From a virus (taxonomy: Duplodnaviria; Heunggongvirae; Uroviricota; Caudoviricetes): DNA of 64,000 nt. Shown here one piece after another: positions 29,061 to 39,486 of the stretch. A model generated the notes under the pieces. It searched no databases, was not told where the DNA came from, and worked only from the letters and a program-made list of their open reading frames with translations. The translations under genes and the position numbers were made by a program. Each line of letters starts with the position of its first letter. The first letter of the stretch is position 1. The DNA lies in IMG/VR virus record IMGVR_UViG_3300028886_000034, positions 118,081-182,080 of that record; one strand, written 5' to 3'.

Positions 29061-30151
29061 GATACAGGCTTATACTAAAAGAAGAACAAGAATCTATAGG
29101 TACATTTGAAGATACTTTAGATATACTTAATTCATTAGATCCTGAAGGTAAGAAGTATGCGATGCCTAGTGGAAGAAGAATAGACACACCTAATTTTTTA
29201 TTTAGGTATGTTATTAAAGATAAAGGTACTCCTGTAGCATTTATTGAATTGTATCCATACAATATGAAATCTAAAACTACAGCTTATATAGCATATGCTG
29301 TTAAACCGGAGTATCAGCATAGAGGCTTAAGTAAAAAGTTATTAGATAAAGCAGTTGACTGGTGTAGAAGAAATAATTACACAAGATTAATGTATAGAGT
29401 TGATGGGACTAATATAAAATCAATTGGTGCTGCTACTAAGTATGGGTTTAAACTTAAGAAAGTTAGACATGATTTAGTTGGTGTAATGAATATAAGTAAA
29501 ACTAGTTTACAAGAATCTGGTAATAGGATGATGTCCACAAAAAGATATGCTATACTTAATGATATGGTAGATATAACAAATATAGTTAAAGCCAATTTGA
29601 ATAAAGTTTATCTTGATACAGACCTTCATCTTACTGAGTCTAATATAGAACGATACATTAAACTTCAAAATAAAGTAGTTAGTAATAACGATATCTTTAT
29701 ATGTTTGGGGGATATTATATATGATGAAGACAGTGAAAAATTGAGAGATCTCTGGTATAACTACATAGCTCAACTAAATGGTAAATATAAGTTTTTAGTA
29801 TTAGGTAATAATGATATCTTAAGTAGAAGTTTCTATAAAGTCAAATGTGGTTTCGATTCAGTTTCTTTATCTATTAAGTTAGGCAATATTATCTTTACAC
29901 ATTGTCCTATTAAGACTGGTAGTAGTAAGTTAATTAACATACATGGTCATGTTCATAAAACGTTATTTAATACTTTAACTAATACATATAGTTCTGAAAG
30001 AAGAATTTGGATTAACCCTACGGGTAAGAAGTTTATGTATCCCAAACCATATACCAGTACTGAATACTATAAGACAGAAATCATAACTAAGCCAGTTAAT
30101 TTAGTACAAGTGTTAAGTTTAGTGAAAGAAGATAATGAGGTGTATAAGTAA
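29057..30151 (+). CDS. GNAT acetyltransferase - metallophosphoesterase fusion with MRYRLILKE leader
   Basis: GNAT motif A: AVKPEYQHRGLSKKLL, plus N..SI..A.KYGF. Phosphoesterase motifs: DLH, LGD, GNND, THCP, HGHVH. Confidence 0.8.
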   Translation: MRYRLILKEEQESIGTFEDTLDILNSLDPEGKKYAMPSGRRIDTPNFLFRYVIKDKGTPVAFIELYPYNMKSKTTAYIAYAVKPEYQHRGLSKKLLDKAVDWCRRNNYTRLMYRVDGTNIKSIGAATKYGFKLKKVRHDLVGVMNISKTSLQESGNRMMSTKRYAILNDMVDITNIVKANLNKVYLDTDLHLTESNIERYIKLQNKVVSNNDIFICLGDIIYDEDSEKLRDLWYNYIAQLNGKYKFLVLGNNDILSRSFYKVKCGFDSVSLSIKLGNIIFTHCPIKTGSSKLINIHGHVHKTLFNTLTNTYSSERRIWINPTGKKFMYPKPYTSTEYYKTEIITKPVNLVQVLSLVKEDNEVYK

Positions 30152-30774
30152 TGAGATATAAGTTAATACTTAAAGAAGATGCTGTTAAGAGTTTATATTT
30201 CTATCACTTAGCACCTAAAAATATTAATAAAATTATTTCTTTAGAGTATCAATATAGAACAAATAAAGCTCTGTTTAAAATCAATAGTGATAAGTATAGA
30301 TACAGGTTATGTAATGGATGGAATATTTATCCTGGAAGAGATCCTAATAGTTTAACTTTAGAAGAAGTTCATGATGGTATATGTAAGTTTAGAAAATCTG
30401 AAAATGGTTGTAATCAGATCTATATGTTTAGATATCCTCCATTTAAAATGTTAGGTAAAAATATGGCTAACACTTTAAAGAATAAAGGTATATATAGAAT
30501 TGATTTATATCAGATCTTTCCATTGCTAAACTATGTTGATTGGGGATATGTTATGAGTAATTCAGATAACAAGAAACTTAATAAATCTTATTACTTAAAT
30601 GTAACTCCTTTAAAGTATTTTAATAACTATGATGATAACGCATCTATGAGATTTGCCGCAATGAATCATATAAGTATTTCTCCCAAGATGTGTTATATAC
30701 CCAAAGAATATTTTGTATCAATACCTATACCTAATACTATCGAAGATATTTTTAAATATGAAGAAAGAAGGTGA
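30151..30774 (+). CDS. Putative internal head protein (MRYKLILKE leader)
   Basis: Shared leader; TAATG coupling; FYHLAP N-terminal strand. Confidence 0.7.
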   Translation: MRYKLILKEDAVKSLYFYHLAPKNINKIISLEYQYRTNKALFKINSDKYRYRLCNGWNIYPGRDPNSLTLEEVHDGICKFRKSENGCNQIYMFRYPPFKMLGKNMANTLKNKGIYRIDLYQIFPLLNYVDWGYVMSNSDNKKLNKSYYLNVTPLKYFNNYDDNASMRFAAMNHISISPKMCYIPKEYFVSIPIPNTIEDIFKYEERR

Positions 30775-30785
30775 ATTAAACCTTA

Positions 30786-31292
30786 ATGAAATATAGATTA
30801 ATTCCATTAATAGAGAATGCATTCAATGATACTGAATGGATTAAGAGAGTCTTTAACAAAGTAAAGAAATTTTATAAAGAAGTTTTAAAAATAAATTTAG
30901 ATTATATGAATCTTAAGTTTACAACAAAAGTTTATAATGAAGATGGTAGTGTAAATGAAGAAATGTCGAGTAGACCTGATAAAGGAGAAGGAGATTGGAC
31001 AAAGAACCATATAATCTATATTAGGCCAAATCAAGTAAATATCCGTACTCAGCATATGAATAATTTTAATAAAGAAAAGTATATTGCACAAGTTATTGCA
31101 CATGAATTAGCTCACGAATGTTATCATAATAACTTATTAAGTCTAAAAGATAAGAATATACCTTTAGCATATACTAAATATGTTAAATCATTTAAAAAAG
31201 GATCTGAACATTATAAGGAAGAACTTTATGCTGATTCAGTAGGTAATTATATAGCGGAGAAGATGTATGGAATGAAATATGAAAAAATTTAG
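30786..31292 (+). CDS. Zincin-like protein with variant leader MKYRLIPLIE
   Basis: IAHELAHE motif and downstream EELYAD. Confidence 0.65.
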   Translation: MKYRLIPLIENAFNDTEWIKRVFNKVKKFYKEVLKINLDYMNLKFTTKVYNEDGSVNEEMSSRPDKGEGDWTKNHIIYIRPNQVNIRTQHMNNFNKEKYIAQVIAHELAHECYHNNLLSLKDKNIPLAYTKYVKSFKKGSEHYKEELYADSVGNYIAEKMYGMKYEKI

Positions 31293-31452
31293 AACAAATA
31301 ATAGAAATACCTCTTCTGATTAAAATATTAATTATTTATAGTCGGAGGAGGTATTTTAAAAACTATGAATAATATATAAACTCAAATCTACCAAGACTTT
31401 TTATAAGATCTTCGGTAGAAATTTTTTATTGTAAAGGATGTCGATTTAAAGT

Positions 31453-32280
31453 ATGAATAATGTTGTTAGAGATTTACCTACAATGAAGTCTGTCCATTTC
31501 CCTGTGTTTGAGGTTATCACTCCAGTTACTGGTGTTAGTTTTAATGTAAGAGGACTGACAGTTGCTCAGGAGAGTGCGCTTTATGAGAGTGCGGTTTCGC
31601 AGCAAAAGTATATTTCAATGATTAACCAGACATTATTTGAATGTATTGAAGATAAGAGAGCTCCTTATGATACACTTGAAGGTTTTGAAAAGAATCTTAC
31701 TGAGTCAGACAGATATGCTCTTATGTATGGCGTATTAGTATCAACTTATGGGGATGAAATTGAAATTACAGTTCCTTGTAGGCAGTGTGGTAAAGAAAAT
31801 AAGATGAAGATTAAGCTTTCTGAATATATGACTATTGAGCAGTATAAGGGCAATGAAAATATATTTGATAAAGAACTTGAAGTTGAATTGCCTATATCCA
31901 AGTATAAAGCAGTTATTAAGATGCCTACTCTGTGGGATGAGAGACAGGTTAACTTACTCAAAAATATTGACAGGGATATCTTAACTAAGATGAGTTTATA
32001 TACCATGGTTAAAAAGCTGATTATTCCTGGATCTGAAGTTCAGCCTGACGGGTCTGTGGTAGAGAATAACTATGTGGTTGATAAGAATGTTGAGATTTAT
32101 GGTATTATTAATAATCTTCCTGCTAAGGATAATAAGACTATTCTTAAGACTTGGAAAGATAATTTTGATAAGTATAAGATTGATTTTAAGGTGGAGGGGA
32201 ATTGCTCGTCTTGTAATGCTGAATTTAAGCAGACAATCAATATTGGTCAGGAGTTGTTTCGTTTATTACAAGAGATCTGA
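31453..32280 (+). CDS. Baseplate hub/tail assembly protein (T4 gp26-like)
   Basis: VRGLTVAQE, D...L..G....TYGDEIE, CxxC, MPT and a second CxxC near the C-terminus. Confidence 0.65.
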   Translation: MNNVVRDLPTMKSVHFPVFEVITPVTGVSFNVRGLTVAQESALYESAVSQQKYISMINQTLFECIEDKRAPYDTLEGFEKNLTESDRYALMYGVLVSTYGDEIEITVPCRQCGKENKMKIKLSEYMTIEQYKGNENIFDKELEVELPISKYKAVIKMPTLWDERQVNLLKNIDRDILTKMSLYTMVKKLIIPGSEVQPDGSVVENNYVVDKNVEIYGIINNLPAKDNKTILKTWKDNFDKYKIDFKVEGNCSSCNAEFKQTINIGQELFRLLQEI

Positions 32281-32293
32281 TGAAGAAATAGCA

Positions 32294-32515
32294 ATGATTC
32301 CAGTATCGAATGCTATGCTGGAAAACAAAGCTATTTATATGGAAATGTTTAAGAATGGAGATTATACGGTTTTTGAGAATATGCTGTATTCTGATTTTAA
32401 AAGATTAATGGACTGGAAAATTAATTTTGAAAAAGAGAAAAAGCAACAAATGGAAGAATCTATGGCAGAAACTAAAAAGAATACCTCTAGGAGATCTTAT
32501 ACTCGTAAAAAATAA
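32294..32515 (+). CDS. Small protein, T4 gp51-like assembly catalyst (tentative)
   Basis: Follows the gp26-like gene; ENMLYSDFKRLMDWK and basic C-terminus. Start uncertain (frame is open from 32072). Confidence 0.45.
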   Translation: MIPVSNAMLENKAIYMEMFKNGDYTVFENMLYSDFKRLMDWKINFEKEKKQQMEESMAETKKNTSRRSYTRKK

Positions 32516-32679
32516 ATCTGAAAAAAATTCTTAACAAATATTGAGATGAGATAAAAATGGGATAGAGATCCCGAGCATAAAACATTGAAGAAGTTTTTTG
32601 TATAAAGATTGTATTAGAATTGTGCGCAGATTTTAATAGAATTACTTTGTATAAAGAACTTCAATTGGAGTGATGTTTT

Positions 32680-33186
32680 ATGGAGTATGCAAGTAAATCT
32701 GTGGCTGGCACAGGATTAGGACTGGGTATCGCTGGTACAGCGTTAGGTCTTCTTGATATGGCTGGTGGTTTATCTGGTTTGTTAGGTAACAGACAGCCTC
32801 AGGATCCGGGTGATAGACCTGTTACTAGATATGAGATGGGTCTTCATCAGGAAATTAATGATAAGAAGATTGAGATTGCCGAATTGAAGAGTAACAGATA
32901 TACTGATTTTGTTGCTAATGGTCTTCAGCAGCAAATTAGTGGTCAGGCTGTTTGGAATGCTACTCAGACTGCTGGTTTAAGTAATCTTCAGGGTCAGATC
33001 GCTCAGTTACAGAGTGTAACCAAGCTGATGATTCCTAACGAGAACCTTGCACCAGGTTATGGTAGAGCTGCAGTTATGGGTGTTTCCTCATTACCACCTT
33101 ATTTTGTTCCCTATCCTCTTCCTCCTATTAGTGGTGGAGATACTGGTACAGTAGCTAAAACTACTGATTCTACTTCGGGTTCATAA
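32680..33186 (+). CDS. Hypothetical protein (MEYASK...GLGLGIAGTALGLL type)
   Basis: Gly-zipper hydrophobic N-terminus and coiled coil; GGAG RBS. Confidence 0.75.
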   Translation: MEYASKSVAGTGLGLGIAGTALGLLDMAGGLSGLLGNRQPQDPGDRPVTRYEMGLHQEINDKKIEIAELKSNRYTDFVANGLQQQISGQAVWNATQTAGLSNLQGQIAQLQSVTKLMIPNENLAPGYGRAAVMGVSSLPPYFVPYPLPPISGGDTGTVAKTTDSTSGS

Positions 33187-33208
33187 GAATTAAATTAAAG
33201 TAATTATA

Positions 33209-33240
33209 AAGGAGTTCTTCTTATATAAGGAGAACTCCTT
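33209..33240 (+). terminator. Hairpin/terminator
   Basis: AAGGAGTTCTTCTTA-TA-TAAGGAGAACTCCTT. Confidence 0.6.
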
Positions 33241-33280
33241 ATTTACAAAATATATTCTTATGGATTTGGAGGATGAATGA

Positions 33281-33649
33281 ATGTTTAGTAAAAATCAAAT
33301 TGTAAATGGACTCATCAAATATGTTGAGTTGGAAGTTATATCTAAAGTAGAAGACAAAGCCTTACAGATAGTTTTAGGTATAGGTATAATTGCTTTAAAA
33401 AGAAATCCGGATCTTATAGATTCTGTTTTAAAGAATCCATTTATAAGTTATCTTGTAAAAGAAACTGAAGATGGTAAATATGATCTTGATGAAGTTTTTT
33501 CTATTATAGATGAGACTTTAAAAACTTATGGAAAGTTACCAGTAACTATTCCAGCAATAAAGTTTATATCACCTAATGAAAAGACTTTAAAGTTTTCTAC
33601 TGAAGATATTGCTAAACTTAAAACCTGTATAGAGGAGGGTGCTAATTAA
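33281..33649 (+). CDS. Hypothetical protein
   Basis: 122-aa ORF with GGAGG RBS. Confidence 0.75.
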   Translation: MFSKNQIVNGLIKYVELEVISKVEDKALQIVLGIGIIALKRNPDLIDSVLKNPFISYLVKETEDGKYDLDEVFSIIDETLKTYGKLPVTIPAIKFISPNEKTLKFSTEDIAKLKTCIEEGAN

Positions 33650-33651
33650 AA

Positions 33652-34002
33652 ATGGCTGAGGGAATCAATATATTTAAAGCAAATGGATCTAATGGTTCTT
33701 CACTATTAGATGCGCTTAATACAATGGATAATAGTTCAACTAGTAATGTAGTTGAAGAAACACCTAAGCATACATTTTTAGATCATATTAAAATGAGAGC
33801 TGTTGAAGAGTATAATGATGTTGTTACTTATATGGAATTGGCCAAAATGACTGAAGAGACTGAATTTAAAAAAATGCTGACAGATATAGCTAAAGAAGAA
33901 ATGACTCATGGCAAATGTTTAGAGCATATTATTATGCATTCTAGAGAAATGCCTGCAGATATAGAAAATGCTAGATCTGAAGCAGATGAAGCTATGAAAT
34001 AA
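33652..34002 (+). CDS. Ferritin-like (di-iron helix pair) protein
   Basis: EEYNDVVTY...IAKEEMTH: an E...ExxH pattern in helical context. Confidence 0.55.
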   Translation: MAEGINIFKANGSNGSSLLDALNTMDNSSTSNVVEETPKHTFLDHIKMRAVEEYNDVVTYMELAKMTEETEFKKMLTDIAKEEMTHGKCLEHIIMHSREMPADIENARSEADEAMK

Positions 34003-34016
34003 ATTAAAGACAATAC

Positions 34017-34056
34017 AAAAAGAAGATCCCTAGTATATAGGGGTCTTCTTTTTTTT
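34017..34056. terminator. Bidirectional intrinsic terminator
   Basis: AAAAAGAAGATCCCTA/TAGGGGTCTTCTTTTTTT between convergent genes. Confidence 0.85.
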
Positions 34057-34064
34057 AATTGGGC

Positions 34065-34343
34065 TTATCTGTTAGAAACAGATTTACCTTCAATGATGTT
34101 ATCAGGATAATAATCTCCAGTAACAAAAGCATTACCTCTAAATATTATATCAGGACTATTAAGTAGATAACTCATATGGCCATCCATATTAAGTAAATGG
34201 TCTATAAAAGTTTGTTTAATAGCCATCTTTTTAGAGATAATTTCTGAAGGGCTCATTTTATCTATTTCTTCTTTAGTGAAAGAAGTATAGAATTGAGCAT
34301 CAGTCCAATTGTTTAAGATAGAGTTCATATTAGTATTATCCAT
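34065..34343 (-). CDS. Hypothetical protein
   Basis: 92-aa ORF with GAGG RBS. Confidence 0.65.
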   Translation of the reverse strand: MDNTNMNSILNNWTDAQFYTSFTKEEIDKMSPSEIISKKMAIKQTFIDHLLNMDGHMSYLLNSPDIIFRGNAFVTGDYYPDNIIEGKSVSNR

Positions 34344-34359
34344 AATATTTACCTCTATC

Positions 34360-34797
34360 TCAGTGTCTTACATTTATAGTGACTACAGAATCTTTAATTA
34401 ACTCTACACTAGAAATCATATCTCTAGTGAGGTATATTCTGCAGTTATCTTCAAGTTCAGCTGTATCAACATAAAAACCTTCTGAATCCTTAACCGTTAA
34501 AACCAACACATAACCATTTACTTCCTGGAACCTGAGTTCTTTAGTAAGACTCCCATCCTCAAGAAGAGTATTATATTCTTCTTTGGATAACCATAACTTC
34601 TTAGTTTCACATAATGTACTAACTAAGTATTCAATAGAATCATCTACAGAATACTGGGTAGTATCATCAAGTTCTTTAGAAAGTAATGCCATCTTTGCTA
34701 AGAGACATAACTTTCTACCTAAGAAGTATTCCTCTTTACCTCCTTTTACAAATATAGTACTGCTGGTGTTTCTTAAGTTGACCATATCATTGTTCAA
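34360..34797 (-). CDS. Hypothetical protein
   Basis: 145-aa ORF with AAGGAG RBS. Confidence 0.65.
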   Translation of the reverse strand: MNNDMVNLRNTSSTIFVKGGKEEYFLGRKLCLLAKMALLSKELDDTTQYSVDDSIEYLVSTLCETKKLWLSKEEYNTLLEDGSLTKELRFQEVNGYVLVLTVKDSEGFYVDTAELEDNCRIYLTRDMISSVELIKDSVVTINVRH

Positions 34798-35034
34798 CTC
34801 CTTCTACTATGGAATATGCCATAGTGGTCCACCTGTATTATGTCCTCACAGGAAAAGTGGTACACCTTAAATAAGTTCCAGTGGACTTATTTAAAGCCTT
34901 AAAACTAATCTAAATAAAATTGATTAGCTTTAAAACCACTAACATAATATATTTACAAAATTTGGAATAAGGAGTCTGAACAAATAAGGAGAACTCTTAT
35001 TATTACTTGATTTTTAAAGGAAGTGAATATATAA

Positions 35035-37956
35035 ATGCCTATTACATATACTTGGGCTGAAGTAGAACCTGTACATGTAGAACAGTATATTACTGCTGAA
35101 AGAAATAATGAACAGAATGATATACTTCAGTCTAGAGATTTATTTTTATCTAGACGATTTGATGAGTATTATAAAAAAGTAGATATTGATAACTTATTTA
35201 ATTCATATACAACAAATTTAGATTGGAAAGAATCGGTAGATACATTTGATGATATTTTATTAAAGTATCCAACGCAAGAACAGATAGATACAACTTATAC
35301 TAAATTAGATACAGTTGTTAATACATATGAAGAGTTATTACAATTATATCCAAATAATTTTGATGATATTGAGTGGCAAGAACCAGTAGATAATGTTGAA
35401 GATATTGAACCTAAATATCCTCAGCCTGATGGAGAATGGGGAGTAGAAGTATTAAGTACTCATGAAAAGTATGCATATGATCCTATAACAGATACTTGGC
35501 ATAAAACAATATCTTTACCTGAAGATAAGTGGAGAGTAGATTTAGTAGATGGTACAAAGTATGTATATGATGCTGAGTCAAAAGCCTGGAAATTATTGGA
35601 TGCGCCAGTACAAGATGGTTGGACAATAAATGTAAAGGATACAAATTATACTTATAGATATGATGAACCTACTAATACATGGATACCTATAAGTGCAAAT
35701 GCTATTCCATTAGCTACAACGGAATTAGATGGTTTATTAAATAAAACTGATTATGCATTTATTAGATCATTAGGATTAGAATCAGTTTTTAAGGATATGG
35801 GATTAATCGATGAGAATGGTAATGTGGTAGATGTTCAAGGTATAGTTAATGCAAGTATAATTCCTACTATTTATTTAAAGATGTCTCAAATGGAAGAGAA
35901 GATGCTTCCATTAGGTTCAGTTATACCATTTATGTTTAATACAAATGTACCTCCAGCAGGTTTTGTCTTTGCTGAAGGTCAAGAGTTATTAAGGGAAGAG
36001 TATCCAGATCTTTGGGAAAAAATTTCTACTGAAGTAGATTTAGAAGGAAATCCATTAATTATAGAAGATGCTGATAGATATGATTATCCTGGTAAATTTA
36101 CTAAGGGTGATGGCAATGCAACATTTAGGGTACCCAATCTAAAGGGATACTTCTTAAGAGCTTTGGATGATTCTGGAAGAGAATTTGGATCTAGACAAGG
36201 TGATTCAGTTGCAGAGCATAGTCATAAATTAATGGTAACTGGCGTAGGTTCAATTAATGAAGAAGATGAGGATTTAGTTCAAGAAGGTAGATTAGTTTTA
36301 TCAGGGACTACTTCTAATTCATTTTCAGATAGTACTGTTTTAGCTAGATATACTTCCGATGAATTAGAAACTAGACCTCAAAATATTGCATTAAGATACT
36401 TAGTTAAAGTTATACCAAGTGAAAAAGTTCCTACTATAGTTTCTAAAGGAAGTCTTCCAGATATTCATGAAGCTATTGATGCAGATACTTTAAATGGCCA
36501 TGCATCTTCATTAAATGCTCAGGCTGGTTATATTCCTGTTGCTAATGCACAAGGTAAGTTAGATGCGTCTTGGTTTAATACGGATTCTTTATTTGAGGAT
36601 ATTTTTGTTAATGATTCAGAAGTATCTAATGTTCCAGATTCAAACAAAATCCCTAGAACAACTAGTACTGGAAAATTGGATGAATGGTTAAGTGTAGTTA
36701 CAGAAGCTGACGTAGATAAATGGATCAGATATTTAGCAGCAGATCCTGAAGATGAAGCTAATATATTAGACTTATCTTCTTTTGATGATTCAAGAGATAG
36801 TTATAAGTATGTTGTAACTAAAAAGAAATTTATTAAGTTTTTAACAGGATTAAAATTATTCATAGGTACTTATGACCATCATTATACTACAGAAGATATT
36901 GAACCAACTTCTGAAAGAGGCTATATTAGTAATTCTGAAAGAAATAAGTATTCTAATAAATATACTAGAGAAGAAACCTATCAGCTAATATATAATTTCT
37001 TACAAAGTTATGTTCCTTTAACAGATATTTCTGTAGTTCCTTCTCCTAATAAAATTCCTATTGCTAATGAAGATGGTAAATTAGATTCAGGTTGGATGTC
37101 AGATCTTTTCTTAAATAAGATTGGTGAAAATAATAATACTGGTTATGCAGAAGTTTCTAATCACGAAATTACTATAAAATCTGGTATTTTAAATACTTCT
37201 GAATCTGGTAAAGTTACTATTCAGGGTGGCGGAGAATACAGTTTATCTGAGATGTCTCCTGCTAAAGCTGTTATATCTGGTTATGACAATGTTGAGTCTA
37301 AAGGTGGTAATATTGAACTTTATGCTGGTTCTGGAGGTAGTACTTCTTCCTCTATTGGAGGTAGTATAATTTTACAATCAGGTTCAGGTCAGTATTCAGA
37401 TGGTACTGTTGATTTAAATAATATTAAGGTAAATAAAAATAACACTATCTATACTAATGAAAATAATATAAGATTACAACAAAATGATGGCATCAATAAT
37501 ACTAATTATTTGGAAATCAATAATAATGGTATTACTTATGTTCATGATAACTTAGTTAATGATAGTGATGATTATAGATTAACTATTAATAAAGATGGTT
37601 CAGTTGAATCCAATAAACCTAATGTTGCTAATAGTTTAACTATACTTAATAATAAAGCATTAGTACCCTTTGAAAATTTACCTAAAACTTCTATTGTAAA
37701 TAATATTGGTAATTTTAGTTCTAACCAAACTATCAGTACTTATGAAGGTAATGTTATTGTTGGAAATATTGCACAAAATTGTAATTTAACTATTGCAGAT
37801 AGTACTAACAATTTAGAAGCTAGAGAACTTACATTTGTTTTAACTGCAACTGGTCCATATAGTATAAATTGGCCTGTAAATATCATTTGGACTAGTGGAA
37901 GATCTCCTTATATAGAATATGCGGAAACTGCGATAATAAAATTATTTAGAATTGGT
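35035..37956 (+). CDS. Tail collar/tail fibre protein, exon 1 of 2; join(35035..37956,39596..39874), 1066 aa
   Basis: Tail collar domain (PLGSVIPF, PAGFVFAEGQ, FRVPNLKGYFLR, ETRPQNIAL). Exon ends FRIG at the group I P1 U-G pair. Confidence 0.8.
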
Positions 37957-38259
37957 AATCGTTAATAACGATTGCCACTTCGCAAAGTAATTTGCGTCGT
38001 ATTTTTGATTGTGAATTACGGGAAAACCTACATAAGAGTCGTAACTACCGAATGGTAATAATGTTACGAATTAGGTAATCCGTAGCCGTGTTTAATAGTA
38101 ATTAAACAGGTTCAACGACTATCGTTCATAGAGCGAGTAAGATAGACGATATATTGCGTCAATGTCTGATGTACAAAGGCCACTATTATGTGGTTGAAGA
38201 TATAGTCTAGGCATGTTAACGTACAGCGAAAGCAATGTACGAGGTTATATAGATCACCC

Positions 38260-38289
38260 TTGACAATTCCGAACAAATTATGATACTAT
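38260..38289 (+). promoter_or_regulatory. Intron-internal promoter for tnpB (sigma70-type, with embedded AACAAATT)
   Basis: TTGACA-18 bp-TACTAT with a TG extension; AACAAATT at 38272. Confidence 0.5.
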
Positions 38290-38325
38290 TGTGGTATCGG
38301 AAACATAAAATTTGTCGGACAGGAG

Positions 38326-39486
38326 GTGATGACCTTGATAATACGTCACAAAATTGAATTGATTCTTAACAATAGCATGAAACGTTATTTTGATCAGTGT
38401 TTCGGATATAGTCGATATTCGTGGAATCAACTTCTTGGGATGCATAATAACGATAAAACGACTTCTTTAAACGAACAACTTAAGCAATTTAAAGCTGATC
38501 GACAGAAGTGGGAGTATGCTATGCCATCATATATCCCTACTTATGAAATGCAGAACCTTAAAGCAGCATTAAGACGAAAAACACATAAAGCTAATTTTAA
38601 ATCTAAAAAGAATCCTAAACAATCGTTTTATGTGGATAATTCTCGTTTTTTAAAAGGAAGCTTTTCGATAGTAGGTAAGCATATAAAGTTTGGTATCGTT
38701 TTGGGAAGAAAGTGTCGAATTCGTAAACAGGACCGATGGATGAAATTAACGGAGATACCAGCGTTTTTCGGTGAAAAAGATTTCCGTATTTTATCAGTAA
38801 CGATACTTAAAGAAGTAGATCGATACTATGCGTCATTTTGTATTCAGATTGATTATCGAAGTAAAACTACCGGAACGAATGCGGTTGGTATTGATCCGGG
38901 AGTGCATACAGTGATGACACTTTCAGATGGTACAAAATACGAATCACCGAAAACACTCAAGAAACTAGATCAAAAAGCGAAATACTATCAAAAGCGTATG
39001 TCGAAACGCTATATACGAAATGCTAAGAAACAAAGTAAGCGTTATATGAAAGCGAAAATCAAGCATCAGAAAACGCTTCGCCGTAAGAATCAAATCAAAA
39101 CAGACTTTATGCATAAGGCAACAACTGAGATCGTAAAGCGAAACAATTATATCGCTTGGGAAGACTGTAAATCATCGCGACTTATGAGGAATCATAAACT
39201 CGCCAGATCGATTGGCGAATCGTGTTGGTTTACACTAAAAACGATGTTGGAGCAAAAATGTCAAATGCATAGAGCCACTTTTGATTTAGTTGATCCGATA
39301 AACGCCGCAACACAAACTTGCAGTGAGTGCGGGCATCGTTTTGAAGGTGATGAAAAGCTGAATTTAAATGACAGAGTATATATCTGCCCTGAATGCGGAT
39401 TAAAACTAGATCGAGACGTAAACGCTGCTCGAAACATTCTCAAGTTTTCGAAGCGTAAGCTGGCTGGGGCACAGCCATCCGAATAA
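38326..39486 (+). CDS. tnpB: TnpB RNA-guided endonuclease with Zn finger, intron-encoded
   Basis: N-terminal HTH-type segment (YFDQCFGYSRYSWN). RuvC motifs GIDPG, IAWED, DRDVNAARNI. Zn finger CSECG/CPECG. True start may be TTG 38335. Confidence 0.92.
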   Translation: MMTLIIRHKIELILNNSMKRYFDQCFGYSRYSWNQLLGMHNNDKTTSLNEQLKQFKADRQKWEYAMPSYIPTYEMQNLKAALRRKTHKANFKSKKNPKQSFYVDNSRFLKGSFSIVGKHIKFGIVLGRKCRIRKQDRWMKLTEIPAFFGEKDFRILSVTILKEVDRYYASFCIQIDYRSKTTGTNAVGIDPGVHTVMTLSDGTKYESPKTLKKLDQKAKYYQKRMSKRYIRNAKKQSKRYMKAKIKHQKTLRRKNQIKTDFMHKATTEIVKRNNYIAWEDCKSSRLMRNHKLARSIGESCWFTLKTMLEQKCQMHRATFDLVDPINAATQTCSECGHRFEGDEKLNLNDRVYICPECGLKLDRDVNAARNILKFSKRKLAGAQPSE

